Notes: generated by a model from the letters alone, not told the origin. Positions 49,618-61,872 are shown, counted from the first letter of the stretch. The stretch is DNA of 64,000 bases from Candidatus Poribacteria bacterium (GCA_965218095.1 OZ244587.1:4352001-4416000); one strand, 5' to 3'. Translations and numbers: made by a program.

Positions 49618-52545
49618 CTATCCACCATGACACCTTTTGTATTTTTTACCGCTCCCACAGGGACATGGATCGTTGCGGCCAATCTTCGGGAGCTCGCCAG
49701 TTGCTTGACGGGAGGCGAATTCAGCGGTATTACTACTGGCTGACTGCCTATCAGATGCTCCTGCAATGGCTCCATGTGTTCTCGCGGCGGCACCACGACG
49801 GGACGCACGCCGAGGAAGAGCGCGTTGGGGGGCTGCTGTCTCGATACGTGCTTTGAAGATGTATTCGCTGACCTCCTCTTCAATTCGTCGGTACATCGCT
49901 TCAAAGACGCTGAAGGCTTCATTTTTGAAAACGACAATCGGATCTTTGCCAGCATAGCCACGCAGATAAATTCCCTCTTCGATGTAATCGATATTGTACA
50001 GATGGTCTTTCCAGTGGTGATCGATTCGGTCAAGAAGAATCAGCCGCTCAAGGGTACGCGTCAATTCTGAACCCATTTCGGCTTCACGCTGTTCGTAAAG
50101 CTGGCGTAGCAATTTTAGGAGGTATTCTCGCAGTTCAGCCCGACTCATGTTCAATGGACGCTGTAAATCCACCGCATCGATAGTGAAGGTATTCGCCTGC
50201 CAGGTCTTGAAACCTTCAATCATCCCGTCGTAAATATTTAGCCTGTCCTCTTCTTTCCTGATAACGTATGTGTTCTGATTCTCATCATCGGAAATCAGCC
50301 ACTCGCTGCCTTTCTTTTGGCCCGAAACGATGGCGTTTTGGGACAGAGCAAGTCCATTGGCTTCAAGTTCCCCCGACAAATCCGTCGAGATTGGGTCGTT
50401 ACTGTCTAACTGATTTTGGAATTCTGGGCGAATGCTGAGTAACTTCCCGTCATTGATATGCTCGGGTAAATGTTCCTCAAGGTAATCATCCAACACATTT
50501 TCGATCATTTCCCAAACTGTCTCTTTGAGGTCGTTACCCTCCAAAATGCTATCGCGCAAACCGTAGATGCTTTGACGTTGCGAATTCATCACGTCGTCAA
50601 ACTTGAGCCGATTCTTTCGCATCTCGAAGAAAACTTGCTCAACCCGCTTCTGCGCTTTTTCAATCGCTTTGGTCACTGCTCCGTGTTCAATTGGTATATC
50701 TTCTTCCATGCCCAACCGATCCATGATACCAGATAAGCGCTCAGATCCAAACTTCCGCATCAAGTCATCTTCGAGCGAGAGGTAGAAGCGAGACGCCCCC
50801 GGGTCGCCTTGCCGACCGGAACGCCCACGCAATTGATTATCAATCCGCCGCGCTTCATGCCGCTCTGTAGCGACGATATGCAGGCCACCTGCCTTCAGCA
50901 CCTGTTCACGATTTGGGGTGCAAACGGCTTCAGCTTCAGCAAGTGCCGCTTTCCACTCTGCTGAATCCTCGTCAACAGTGGACGGGTCTATTTTCTTCTT
51001 CCGAAGGATCTCTTTCGCCATACCCTCCGGATTCCCGCCGAGCAAGATGTCCACGCCGCGGCCTGCCATATTTGTCGCGATTGTCACGGTGCCGGGGACA
51101 CCCGCTTGGGCGATGATTGTCGCTTCACGGGTGTGTTCTTTGGCGTTCAGCACTTGATGTTTTATATCGCGCCGTTTTTTGCGGAGCATCTGACTCAATT
51201 TTTCAGAATTTTCGATTGAAATTGTCCCAACAAGCACGGGGCGTCCCTGCTCATGCTGTTCGATAATGTCCTCGAGAACCGCCCGGTATTTCGCTGCCTC
51301 CGTCTTATAGATCACGTCCGGGTGATCTATCCGAATCATCGGTTCGTTTGTGGGGACGACGACGACATCCAATCCATAGACATGCGCAAATTCGGCGGCT
51401 TCTGTCTCAGCTGTGCCTGTCATGCCTGCCAACTTCTCGTACATCCGGAAATAGTTTTGATAAGTGATTGACGCACCGGTTTGGTTTTCCTGCTTAATCC
51501 GCACATGCTCTTTGGCTTCGAGGGCTTGATGGAGGCCTTCGCTGAATCGCCTGCCTTCCTGCAATCGTCCCGTAAATTCATCGACAATGATGACCTCCCC
51601 GGCCTGCACGACATAGTCCACGTCACGTTTGTAAAGGGTGTGTGCAATCAGCGCCTGATTGACGTGATGCACCAGGTTCATGCTTTCGTGACCGTAGAGA
51701 TCTTCTAGCCCTAGAAGGCGTTCTATCTCTTCCACTCCTTCCTCTGTCAGCGCGACGGTGCCGCGTTTACTGCTTTTTTCGTCGCGCTCATAATGCCTTT
51801 CATCTTTCAGTCGCCGTGTTGCGGCGTCGATTTTTTTATACAGTTCGACCGGCTCCCCTTGTGGTTCAGCAATAATCAACGGGGTCCGAGCTTCATCGAT
51901 CAGGATGCTATCGACTTCATCAACGATTGCGTAGTGGTGTCCGCGCTGTACCTTGTCTTCAAGCGCTCGCCCTTTATTATCCCACAGGTAATCAAAACCG
52001 AATTCGCTGTGCACGCCGTAAGTCACGTCCGATTTATATCCGAGTTTTTTCAAATCATGGGGCAAACCGCTGTAAGTTAATCCAACCGTCAGCCCAAGGA
52101 AGGTGTAGACGTGTCCCATCCATTCTGCGTCACGCTTGGCAAGGTAATCATTGACAGTCGCAACATGGACCCCTGTTCCCCCTAGCGCATTCAGATAGAC
52201 AGAAAGCGTCGAGGTCAGGGTTTTCCCTTCACCGGTTTTCATTTCGGCAATGTTCCCGCGATGGAGCGCGATTCCACCCATGAGTTGGACATCGTAATGA
52301 CGCTGCTCCAAAGTCCGCACCGCGGCTTCACGCACAACAGCAAACGCTTCCGGCAAGAGATCATCAAGTGGTTCTCCCGCATCCAACCTTTCGCGAAAGT
52401 GCGGCGTTTTTGATTGGAGTTCTGCATTAGATAAACGCTGCATCTGTGGCTCCAATTGATTGATTCTCTCCACGATTGGTTGGAGCCGCTTCATATCCCG
52501 GTCTTGTTTACTGCCGAAAACCTTAGTTAAAACTTTTTGAAACAT
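49618..52545 (-). CDS. secA: Preprotein translocase subunit SecA, with a 74-aa insertion
   Basis: [53 protein letters not shown] and C-terminal [19 protein letters not shown]. Confidence 0.98.
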   Translation of the reverse strand: MFQKVLTKVFGSKQDRDMKRLQPIVERINQLEPQMQRLSNAELQSKTPHFRERLDAGEPLDDLLPEAFAVVREAAVRTLEQRHYDVQLMGGIALHRGNIAEMKTGEGKTLTSTLSVYLNALGGTGVHVATVNDYLAKRDAEWMGHVYTFLGLTVGLTYSGLPHDLKKLGYKSDVTYGVHSEFGFDYLWDNKGRALEDKVQRGHHYAIVDEVDSILIDEARTPLIIAEPQGEPVELYKKIDAATRRLKDERHYERDEKSSKRGTVALTEEGVEEIERLLGLEDLYGHESMNLVHHVNQALIAHTLYKRDVDYVVQAGEVIIVDEFTGRLQEGRRFSEGLHQALEAKEHVRIKQENQTGASITYQNYFRMYEKLAGMTGTAETEAAEFAHVYGLDVVVVPTNEPMIRIDHPDVIYKTEAAKYRAVLEDIIEQHEQGRPVLVGTISIENSEKLSQMLRKKRRDIKHQVLNAKEHTREATIIAQAGVPGTVTIATNMAGRGVDILLGGNPEGMAKEILRKKKIDPSTVDEDSAEWKAALAEAEAVCTPNREQVLKAGGLHIVATERHEARRIDNQLRGRSGRQGDPGASRFYLSLEDDLMRKFGSERLSGIMDRLGMEEDIPIEHGAVTKAIEKAQKRVEQVFFEMRKNRLKFDDVMNSQRQSIYGLRDSILEGNDLKETVWEMIENVLDDYLEEHLPEHINDGKLLSIRPEFQNQLDSNDPISTDLSGELEANGLALSQNAIVSGQKKGSEWLISDDENQNTYVIRKEEDRLNIYDGMIEGFKTWQANTFTIDAVDLQRPLNMSRAELREYLLKLLRQLYEQREAEMGSELTRTLERLILLDRIDHHWKDHLYNIDYIEEGIYLRGYAGKDPIVVFKNEAFSVFEAMYRRIEEEVSEYIFKARIETAAPQRALPRRASRRGAAARTHGAIAGASDRQSASSNTAEFASRQATGELPKIGRNDPCPCGSGKKYKRCHGG

Positions 52546-52586
52546 GAAACATCATCACCCTTTACATTTTACAAATTTTTAAATTG

Positions 52587-52847
52587 TAGGACTTACGCAG
52601 TTGAACATTTGAAACCTTGTAGTTCGGCGATTTATCGACAGAAAACACAACTCCCGATCCCGTTGCGTTGGTTGGATTATTCTAATCCTTACAACATCGT
52701 GGATTCACGGTAGGGAACGCAGATCTGCGTTCCCTACAGAATTGTGGGTGCTAGGTCTCGTCAGTCCCAATGGAGTATCGGGCGAACGAGACCGGCACCT
52801 GGTGTCCCATGAGTCGGGCAACTACTATCTGAAGTGCGTAAGTCTTA
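52587..52847. mobile_element. MITE, TIR family YAGGACTTACGCA, copy 4, with different cargo
   Basis: TAGGACTTACGCA...TGCGTAAGTCTTA with a 5-bp TSD AATTG. Contains the REP GTAGGGAACGCAGATCTGCGTTCCCTAC. Confidence 0.8.
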
Positions 52848-52902
52848 AATTGTCTAATCCTACTCACGTTTGACGTTTGACACACGATTTAGTTACATCT
52901 CA

Positions 52903-53913
52903 CTAAGTTTTTTCTTCAACACCGGACTGATTTTCGGTTTGAGAAAGCAAGGCATCCATTAAGTCGCGAATCTGTCCCAGCCGTTTAAGTTGCTCTTCTA
53001 TCGCTTTTTGCTCATTGGCGAGCCAACTTAGCACTAGACTAATGTGGTAGATATTTTCCGCAGATGGGAATCCAAGTAATTTGGAGAGTTGACGGGTCTC
53101 TTTAACTTCAAGCTGGTGAGTCTTAACCTCCGTTTTTTTCCTTTCATCATCGATTTGACAATCAGATCCTTTTTCGATGATATGGTGTGCTCTCGTGGCT
53201 ATTTCAGTACCCCATCTTTTCGTGACGGTCTGATCAATCCAATCTTTATACTGGTCGCCTCGACGGATCGTTGTTCGATACCACCTCCGATATCGATCTC
53301 TCTCCTTTGAAAGTCGGTTAAGTTGAGTCGCTAAGAATTCTTTGATTTCCTCAGATTTGAACGATTGATCGTGGTTTCTTCTTAGTTCCGGCCCCGGCAT
53401 TTCGGTTGCAGAAAAATCACGATACCAAGTCAGTTGAACCCTTACTGCGAAGCTTTTATCCACCGAATTTAAGCAATTCACTTTGAGTTTGACGGGCTGT
53501 CCGTCGCCCGGATCAAAATCGTAATTAGGCAATGAAAAGCTAACCCACATGCGTGCTCCATATTTGGAGAGTCGCAATTTTGCTTCAAGAAACTTTGGAT
53601 CGGTATCGAGGTTGATTGTACTCAATGCTTCCAACACCTTGGTGAGTACGTCATGATGTTGAACAAGTTGATACTTTTTTGAAACAGCAGCAACTGGTAT
53701 ACGTACGCTATCCTTGGGATCAATTTCATCTCCGAGATCAACTTCATCTAAGGGGTTCCGTGATATGAGTTTTAAATATTCGTTTTCTCCCGGTCCTAAA
53801 CGAAAGTTTTTTCTCATGAAACGAGGAATATGCCGACGAAGATCGCTAATTAATCCTTCGCCTTCTTTTACTGCTCGACCGTGCCATGTTTGATCGCTCA
53901 ATCTAAGCGCCAC
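52903..53913 (-). CDS. Hypothetical protein, DUF932-like
   Basis: VSKKYQLVQH...GARMWV...LNSVDKS resembles DUF932 motifs (VS..Y..V.H; NS.DGS). AT-richer than its neighbours. Confidence 0.55.
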   Translation of the reverse strand: MALRLSDQTWHGRAVKEGEGLISDLRRHIPRFMRKNFRLGPGENEYLKLISRNPLDEVDLGDEIDPKDSVRIPVAAVSKKYQLVQHHDVLTKVLEALSTINLDTDPKFLEAKLRLSKYGARMWVSFSLPNYDFDPGDGQPVKLKVNCLNSVDKSFAVRVQLTWYRDFSATEMPGPELRRNHDQSFKSEEIKEFLATQLNRLSKERDRYRRWYRTTIRRGDQYKDWIDQTVTKRWGTEIATRAHHIIEKGSDCQIDDERKKTEVKTHQLEVKETRQLSKLLGFPSAENIYHISLVLSWLANEQKAIEEQLKRLGQIRDLMDALLSQTENQSGVEEKT

Positions 53914-54023
53914 GCGCTGCTCCTTTCATTTGGTCATACTTAGGATATCTTCAATCTGTTCATCGCTCTTTAATCAAGGGAGTTCATAAAGCAAGGGCGG
54001 CTCGCGAGCTTGCTAAGGGAAAG

Positions 54024-55172
54024 TTAGAGGGAGTCACCCACTGTTTGTGGAACTGAAATTGGATCAGGCATGTCCCCCTCATCCTCAACTTCCAATAAGT
54101 TTTCCCCATCAACTCGCCTTCTCAGTATCGTATAGATGAGGGTATTACCGGCGGAAGCAATCGAAAACAGGTAAGCGATAACCAAACCTACGATAAATAA
54201 TAGAGACAGCGTCATAAAAATCGCAGCAATATCAAGCGTAATCGGCAAATTAGTGGGTTCAGGACCAATATCAAATACTTTGAATACCTTGAAACTGTCC
54301 ATGTATAGTAGCGCAGCGAGTTTATCAATTGAGCCGCCAAGCCACCGATCGGTCTGCCACATAATATGCTGCATATCTGTAGGAATGAGAAAGTGGATTG
54401 GCAGCATCGCTAGGGCAAATCCAGCTAGGCAAAAGAGCACCCAAATCGGCATACAGATCATTTTCACGCCAAACAGAAGGGCTTCGTAGATAACGACCCG
54501 CCACGGTTGATTCCAAATCATCGAAAAGTGCTGGTACACCGTTTCAAAGGCATCGGAATCCGCAGCCGCAACCACCGATGGCGCAAAGAACAGGCTCACT
54601 CCCAGGGTAACGAGGAGATAAGCCATCAGCAATCCGATAAAGAAGGCGAGGGGGGTCAGGATCGATGCAAGCATGACGAAGATCCGACCAACCGCTGGGA
54701 TCTCGCCGAGCAAACCGACGATAATCGGCGTTGCAACCAAAAGTACAAAAATAACAATCAGGCCCACAAAGCTTCCGAAAACCGCCTTCCAATTTTTCTT
54801 CGCAAAGCCCAGAGCTTCCTTCATTGAAAAAAAATGGTCGCCTCGCAGTTGCTGGATGGTGATCTTGGAGACCATTGTACTCGTTAAGAAGAAGAGCACG
54901 AAAAGGATAAATGTACCGAGCCACATCGCACCGATTGTAATGGCTTCAAACTCGTAATTGACGAAGGGACAAACTGGCAGTAGGGCATAGCGATCCCAGA
55001 AATGTTTAAACGCTGCACTGCCGCCTGCGACGAGCAAACTCGCATACACGAGTACTTCATAGATGAGATAAGCAAGCGCAAGCCCCAAAAAATGAACCGC
55101 GATCTTCTTGCCACTAAAGGCGTAACGTCCAGCTCGGAAAATGTCTCGAAAATCAAAGTGTAATTCTGCCAT
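54024..55172 (-). CDS. Polytopic membrane protein of unknown function
   Basis: 382-aa ORF with about 6-7 hydrophobic segments. Confidence 0.75.
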   Translation of the reverse strand: MAELHFDFRDIFRAGRYAFSGKKIAVHFLGLALAYLIYEVLVYASLLVAGGSAAFKHFWDRYALLPVCPFVNYEFEAITIGAMWLGTFILFVLFFLTSTMVSKITIQQLRGDHFFSMKEALGFAKKNWKAVFGSFVGLIVIFVLLVATPIIVGLLGEIPAVGRIFVMLASILTPLAFFIGLLMAYLLVTLGVSLFFAPSVVAAADSDAFETVYQHFSMIWNQPWRVVIYEALLFGVKMICMPIWVLFCLAGFALAMLPIHFLIPTDMQHIMWQTDRWLGGSIDKLAALLYMDSFKVFKVFDIGPEPTNLPITLDIAAIFMTLSLLFIVGLVIAYLFSIASAGNTLIYTILRRRVDGENLLEVEDEGDMPDPISVPQTVGDSL

Positions 55173-55499
55173 TTACTTCACCCAATTGAGAGAAATCAAC
55201 AGATTTCGATATTGTATAGAATTTAGTTTGACAGGCCCAAAAATTTGAGCGGCTATATGATACATCAATTGCGATCTTCTGTCAACAATAACTTCTGTTA
55301 AAGACATTGACTCTGAGTATACTTTTGTGACACACTAATTTTAAACTTTGGACCAATCAATTTTTTATCCGCGAATCTTCACAAGTGAGAATTAAAGATT
55401 CATGTCTATTGGCGTTATTCGCCAATGAATTCAAAAGCGCAGTTTATGCCGTTGCACAGTATATTCGGACTTCAAGAAGCAGATTGAATCATCTCAGCA

Positions 55500-56164
55500 G
55501 GAATCTTTTGAGGCGTGGGACGATTACATTTTTATCGGAGAAACCGAGCGTGAGGTGCTGATCTATATTTCGATCGAATATCAATCAACACCAAGTCCGG
55601 GGGTTTCGGCTCTCCTTCTACATGCACCAGATTTGTGATAGGCAACGGCGAGAATGGGTTGAGAAAAACATCCCCGAACATCAGTGGCGTTTCCGCCCGA
55701 TCTTACCGATTCTCTTTTACACAGGAAAGACACCATGGGAAATGCCTCTGGCGATCTCCGCTCTGATGAATCTCCCCCGTGAACTTGAGCTGTTTGTGCC
55801 GCATCATCAGACCCTATTCTTCAATCTCAAGGAGACACCCCTTCAGAACATTTCGGAGATTGATCAACTCAATACACTCTTGGATCTTTTCGTAACAGCA
55901 AACAGCTCTGAGGAAATCAGTATCGAGTGAGGAGGCAGCAACATGGGATAGACCACTGCTCAAGCACTCATCCAAGAAGGATGGGAATCGGAAGTCATCA
56001 AAGCCAAACAGGAAGATTTGATGACTTTGTTGCAGGTCAAGTTTGAGCAACTTCCTCAAGATCTCATTGAGCGGATTCAGGCAACTCGGACAACAAATCA
56101 ACTTGACACAATGTTTCGGCAGTCTGTTACAGCAACAAGTCTTGACGAAATAGAAATCAAGTGA
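55500..56164 (+). pseudogene. Rpn/YhgA-like (PD-(D/E)XK) nuclease remnant plus a detached C-terminal module
   Basis: LIYISIEYQSTP...YMHQI.D...PILPILFYTG..PW, then a direct jump to a C-terminal helix. A second module at 55943-56164 has its own GGAGG and a TAG at codon 3. Confidence 0.7.
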
Positions 56165-56257
56165 GAAATTGGTAAACATCAGCAGACAATTGCTCAAACA
56201 TTGTTAACCTAGTCAAGACACAGCGTATCATAACAATCCTAAGGAGGTAAAGAAATC

Positions 56258-58449
56258 ATGCGGAAATTTGTCTGGTGCGTCGCTGCGATTGTGGTCCTGA
56301 TCGGATCTGTCAGTATCGCACACACAACAACAGCAGAATCTGTTCCACGATTTCTCAATGACATCGCCCCGATCCTTGATAAAAATGGGTGTTCAACAGC
56401 GCTCTGTCATGGTAAATTTGGTGGACAGGGTGGATTTGATCTCTCTTTGTTGACTTTGAATCCTGAGTCTGACCACCAGCCAATTGTCTACGACAGCCGC
56501 GGGAGGCGGGTGAACCTGATTGAACCCGAAAGAAGTTTGTTCCTGCTGAAACCGACCGAGCAGGTAAGCCACGAAGGCGGCATGCGTTTTACCCTCAATT
56601 CAGATGAATATCTCACCATCCTGCGCTGGCTTGAAGCCGGTGCGCCTTTCTCCCCTTCGGATCCGCGTTTGGAGCGTCTGGAAACGCGTCCAGGTGAATT
56701 TTTTTGCCAAAAGTTGGGGATATGCAGCAACTCCAGGTGTTAGCCTATTTCACCGATGGTTCTATTGAGGATGTCACTCATAAAGCGGTTTACGAATCCA
56801 GCGATGAACCGATCGCGGAAGTGACCGAAGGTGGACTCGTTACAAGCGTGCGTTGGGGTGGCACGGCGATCCTTGCCCGTTTTTTAGGTGTTGTCTCTGC
56901 TACATTCTTGACGATTCCACGCGATAGCCAGATCGACGTTTATCCAGAATTTCCAGCAAACAACTTTATTGATGAGTTTGTTACAGCCAAGCTGAAAAAA
57001 CTGAATATTCTCCCATCGGAGTTGTCAACCGATGAAGAGTTCATTCGGCGGGTTTATCTGGATACAATCGGTCAGTTGCCGTCCCCGAACGAAGTTAAAG
57101 CATTTGTCGAAAATAGTGATGTAAACAAAAGAACAGTGTTGATCGATGAACTCTTAGCGCGCCCCGAATTTGTTAATCTCCGCACATTACGGATCGCCGA
57201 CCTGCTGCGTTGTCATCCTCGCCAATTGGGTAACGGCGCATTCGGTGAACGGGGGGCGACGCTTTTCCATGAGTGGATTCGGCACAGCGTCATGCAGAAT
57301 CAGCTTTATGATCAATTTGTTCGAGAGATTATTACCGCGCGGGGCAGCACCTATCAGGTGGGCCCGGCAAACTACTACCGTATTGAGGGCAGTCCCGACG
57401 GTCGTGCTGAAACAACCGCACAAGCCTTCTTGGGTATTCGTATGACCTGTGCGCGATGCCATAAGCACCCCTTCAATCGCTGGACAACCGACGATTACTG
57501 GAACTTTGCGGCTTTCACCGGCAAAGTCGGTATTCGCGGCGGCGAACTTTACGACGAGCGGGTGATCTACTACAATCCAACGGGTCTGGTGATTAATCAG
57601 TCGGTGCTTGGAAATCGGGGAGAGGTAGCGGCGCCAACGTTCCTCGGCGGCGATGTGGTGAATCGAAATTATCAAGGAGACTATCTGGAATTACTCGCAA
57701 ACTGGATGACTTCTCCGACGAACCCTTACTTCGCTAAGGCGACCGCGAATCGCCTCTGGAGCTACTACTTCGGCCGAGGAATTATTCACCCCGTTGACGA
57801 TATGCGTGAAACAACCCCTGCGACAGTCGAAGGACTGCTCGAAGCGCTGGCTGATGAATTTGTGCGAAGTGGATTCGATACCAAACACATTATCAGGTTC
57901 ATCCTGAATTCGCGGACATATCAACTGTCATCTGTCTCGAATGAAACAAATGAACTCGATGATCGCTTTTTCTCCCATTTCTATCCCCGACCGATCCTCG
58001 CTCAGGTCCTTCTTGATGCCCTGAATGATGTAACGGGGACACAGGAGAAGTTTGGACGCTATCCGGGTCACATGCGGGCCGTCCAGTTGCCCTTACCGGT
58101 GAGTTCGCGGTTTCTTTCGCTTTTCGGCCGATCGAATCGGGAGTTCCTCGCGGAGCTTGAACCGAAGCTTGAGCCGACCCTCACGCAGGCGCTGCACATG
58201 ATTAATTCCCATTATATCAACAATAAGATCCGTGCCGGCAACGGGACGATCGCGCGTTTGGTGGAGTCAGATCTGACTGATGCACAGATCATTCAAGTCC
58301 TCTACCTGCGGACGCTGAGTCGCACCCCTTCACCGACAGAGCTCGCTGAAGCAAAAAAATACATCGCTGAGAGCCTGTCACGTCGGGAAGGTTTTGAAGA
58401 TCTACTCTGGGCGCTGATTTCGTCCAGAAGTTTTCTGTTTATTAGCTAA
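56258..58449 (+). pseudogene. DUF1549/DUF1553 (planctomycete-type) protein, frameshifted at a T7 run
   Basis: F.NDIAPIL...GC....CHG, FIRRVYLD.IG.LP, CARCHKHP, NPYFAKA.ANRLW....GRGII.PVDD and EDLLWAL. The frames change at 56699-56705. Confidence 0.85.
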
Positions 58450-58532
58450 GGTGTTAGGCCTCAGATGTTAATCATTTTCTAATACCTGATAACCTGAGTC
58501 CTAATGCCACTTACATGAGAGGTGATGATGCC

Positions 58533-59848
58533 ATGAAACGGAGAGATTTTACACACTGCACAGATTGTGAAGGATTTTACCGCCGCGACTTTCTCAAAGT
58601 CGGTGTCCTCGGATTGTTCTTGGGGTAGCGGATCTCTTTCGATTACAAGCAATCGCTGGGGGCGCAGATCAGAAAGACAGCACAGCACAGTCGGTTATTC
58701 TGATTTGGATGGGCGGCGGCCCAAGCCACCTGGACCTGTGGGACCTGAAGCCTGATGCTCCCGAAGAAATCCGTGGGCTGTTCAACCCGATTAAGACAAA
58801 TGTCCCCGGCATCAAGATCTGTGAGCACATGCCGAAACTCGCCAAACAGGTGGATAAGATCTGCCTCATCCGATCCATGACCTCACCGGAGGCAGCGCAT
58901 GAACGCGGCACCCATTATATGATGACAGGCTTTCAGCCGTTGCCCGGCTTTGCTGTACCGAGCTATGGTTCCGTCGTTGCAAAGCTGAAAGGCTCATTAA
59001 GTGCTTTGCCGCCCTACATTGCGGTTCCCTCTCCGGTTGCGTATGGTGGTGCAGGATTTCTTGGCGCTGCGCTAGATCCATTCTCACCCGGAGGAAACCC
59101 GGCGGAGCAGAACTTCAAAGTGCGCGATCTTCAGCCGCCGCGTGGAATTTCAATGGAGCGGGTGGATCGGCGTCGCTCACTGCGCCAGGCAGTTGATGCG
59201 GCATTCAAAAAGTACGAAACCGCTGGCGATCGCGCGCAAGCGACCGATGAGTTCTACACGGCTGCTTATGACCTGATCAGCTCATCCGAAGCCCGTGCTG
59301 CATTTAATCTCAAGGGTGAACTTGGGAAGATCAGAAATGCCTATCGGCACGATGGGTTTGGGCAAAGCTGCCTGCTGGCTAGAAGGCTTGTGGAAGCTGG
59401 CGTCCGCTTCGTCACAGTCAATATCGGTGGCTGGGACAACCACAATAATATCTTTTCAGCACTGCGTGGCAGGCTTGGCAGTTTTGATCAGACGGTCGCT
59501 GCGCTGATCCATGACCTCTCGGATCGGGGCATCCTTGAGCGCACACTGGTGATCGCTATGGGTGAATTTGGTCGCACGCCAACCATCAACCGTGATGCTG
59601 GCCGAGACCATCATTCGCGTGTATTCTCGCTGATGTTGGCGGGCGGTGGAATCAAAGGTGGGCAAGTGATCGGATCGTCAGATTCGCGCGGTATGGAGCC
59701 TGCCGAGCCCCCCGTTCATCCCGAAGATCTCTCCGCGACCATCTATCACTGTCTCGGGATCGATTACAACCAGAGCATCGAATCGCCTGAAGGGGTTCGG
59801 ATTGTCCTCTCGCGTGGCGGAAAACCGATTCGTGGGGTGTTGAGTTGA
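58533..59848 (+). pseudogene. DUF1501 domain protein (Tat-exported), frameshifted in the signal region
   Basis: RRDFLK, then after a shift at ~58618 SVILIWMGGGPSHLDLWDLKP, GQSCLLARRLVEAGVRFV and GEFGRTP.IN...GRDH. Confidence 0.85.
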
Positions 59849-60026
59849 GTGGCGAAAGTAAGACAAGATGCCATTTCGTCGCACGCCGTGGGAACTCTTC
59901 GATGAACCTCAAGCAAACAACGCTTTGCAACACGCGTATAAGGCGGTTCAGAATACCGAGCATGTTGTGGAAGACTTTTATCCAACCCCGCCTTCATCGC
60001 CCATGCCAATTTTGGGGAGTATTATA

Positions 60027-61090
60027 ATGGAAGTAAACAGATCCCGCATCGCGCTTCACACCTTGTCTCTCCTTCTGTTTGTATCCCCGTCGCTCTTTGG
60101 GCTTTTGATTTTCACGCCTCCCCTTCACGCTGACAGCTCAACCTCGCCAATCTGGTCAATCCAATTCAGCCTAGATGGGAAGCATCTCGCGGTTGGACTT
60201 TATCAATGGGTACAACTGTGGGATATTCAAGCCCGCAAAGTCATTCGCGACTTCGAACCGCACGCTGACGCTGTGCGATGTCTGAAATTTTCGAGCGATG
60301 GCAAAGTCCTATTTGCCGGGGGCGGATTGCCCGCCCAGGAGGGTGAAATCAAAATCTGGGATGTCGAATCGGGCAATCTCATCAATACCCTCGAAATTCA
60401 TGCCGACACGATTGAAGCGATAGCCTTGCATCCCGACGGTTCAGAACTTCTGACTGCGGGGATGGATGAACAGGTTTTGGTTGTCTCCTCGCCGGAAGGC
60501 GAAGTCGAACAAACGCTGACGCAACATGTGGGTCGTATATTAGCTGTCGATTATCGGTCGGATGGAAAGTATTTTGTGACAGGCAGCGCAGATAAAACGG
60601 TGAAGGTATGGAACCCACAGACATACAATGTCCTCGTCAATTTCGAGTCCTCGTCAATTTCGACCAGAATGATGATGCCGTGTTTTCTGTCGCCTTTGCG
60701 CCGCAGGAGAATATGATTGTCTCCGGTTCAGCGGATAATGCTGTCCGTTCTTGGCGGATCGCTGAATCACGAGGGGAGTTAGGACGGATCGAAACACGCG
60801 GTGCGCTTGTCCGTGTCTACAACGGACATGAGCAACCTGTTTACGCTGTTGACTGCGGTCGGCAAGGAAATCAGGTGACTATCGTCTCCGGCAGCGCAGA
60901 CCGGTCAGTTATTGTCTGGGATCTCCGATCCGGTAACCGGTTGGTGACTTTTGAGCAACCCACTGATGAGGTGTACGCCGTTGATCTGAGTCCGGATAGT
61001 CGATTCGTCGCCGCGGGTGGACGAGATGGACGGGCACGGATCTGGGATTTAGCCAGCCGAGAGATGATAGCCGAACTGTTAGAAGAGTAG
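60027..61090 (+). pseudogene. Secreted WD40-repeat protein, frameshifted by a 17-bp tandem duplication
   Basis: Multiple WD40 repeats. GTCCTCGTCAATTTCGA occurs twice at 60630-60663, and removing one copy fuses the two ORFs. Confidence 0.88.
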
Positions 61091-61137
61091 CATCAATGAT
61101 GCTTGGGGAGAGATTCTATCCGATTTATTAGTTTCCT

Positions 61138-61629
61138 TCAGTTTTCCATTGATTCCTTTTTGCCCGTCTCAGATCCGTTGTAATCCCAGGAGACATCCAG
61201 ACGTGGGTTTTTAGGGTGTCTGAACTGAATCACCCATCCCCAGAACTGAGCGTTCTCAAGAAAACGCGGATAGTAGTGGACATAGTAAGCGGTCTGATCC
61301 GTTTGCGGATAGACCAAACGGAACACTTTCTGCTCTTTAACGAGTTCATATTCTTTGAGAATTTCACGATTCTTCAGAATATCTTCAACCTGCTCTTGCA
61401 TCCGCTGTGGTTTTTCATCGGGATGAAAATATCCCTGTGTGATTAACTGTGACTGAAAATCCGCGATAACGTGTCGAAAATCTTTCAGCGCATGGGGAAT
61501 TTCAAGTAACTTTGCGGCTGCATACGCTTTGGTATGCGGCGTCTCTTGACAAACTTTATCAAGTTGAGTTAACAGGTCATCTGCCTGGGCTTTGGTATCC
61601 AGGTCATTACTAGTTTTGGAATCTTGCAT
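61138..61629 (-). CDS. Hypothetical protein
   Basis: GGAGG before the ATG, 163-aa open frame, no recognised motif. Confidence 0.6.
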   Translation of the reverse strand: MQDSKTSNDLDTKAQADDLLTQLDKVCQETPHTKAYAAAKLLEIPHALKDFRHVIADFQSQLITQGYFHPDEKPQRMQEQVEDILKNREILKEYELVKEQKVFRLVYPQTDQTAYYVHYYPRFLENAQFWGWVIQFRHPKNPRLDVSWDYNGSETGKKESMEN

Positions 61630-61872
61630 GATGTATCCTCCAGTTTCAAGAACAATGTCCAAATAGGTTTGATCAATGTCATCTCTACTTTCACAACGTA
61701 AGTGAGCAAGATCCCGTTTCTGGATTTCATCTCAAAGCCTATATGCCTATATGCCTATCATGAATTTGTGAATTGATGCTTGGAATTGCGGACCAAGATG
61801 CGGCACGGAAAGGATATTCTTCCTTTCCATCCATTCCTCCGTTCCTTACGAGCTTTATAACAAACTGCAAAC

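Noticed and set aside
50230-50444. SecA insert as an intein or self-splicing intron
   Set aside because: It begins with Lys and ends with Tyr, has no Cys/Ser start, no His-Asn end and no downstream nucleophile, and shows no group I/II RNA motifs.
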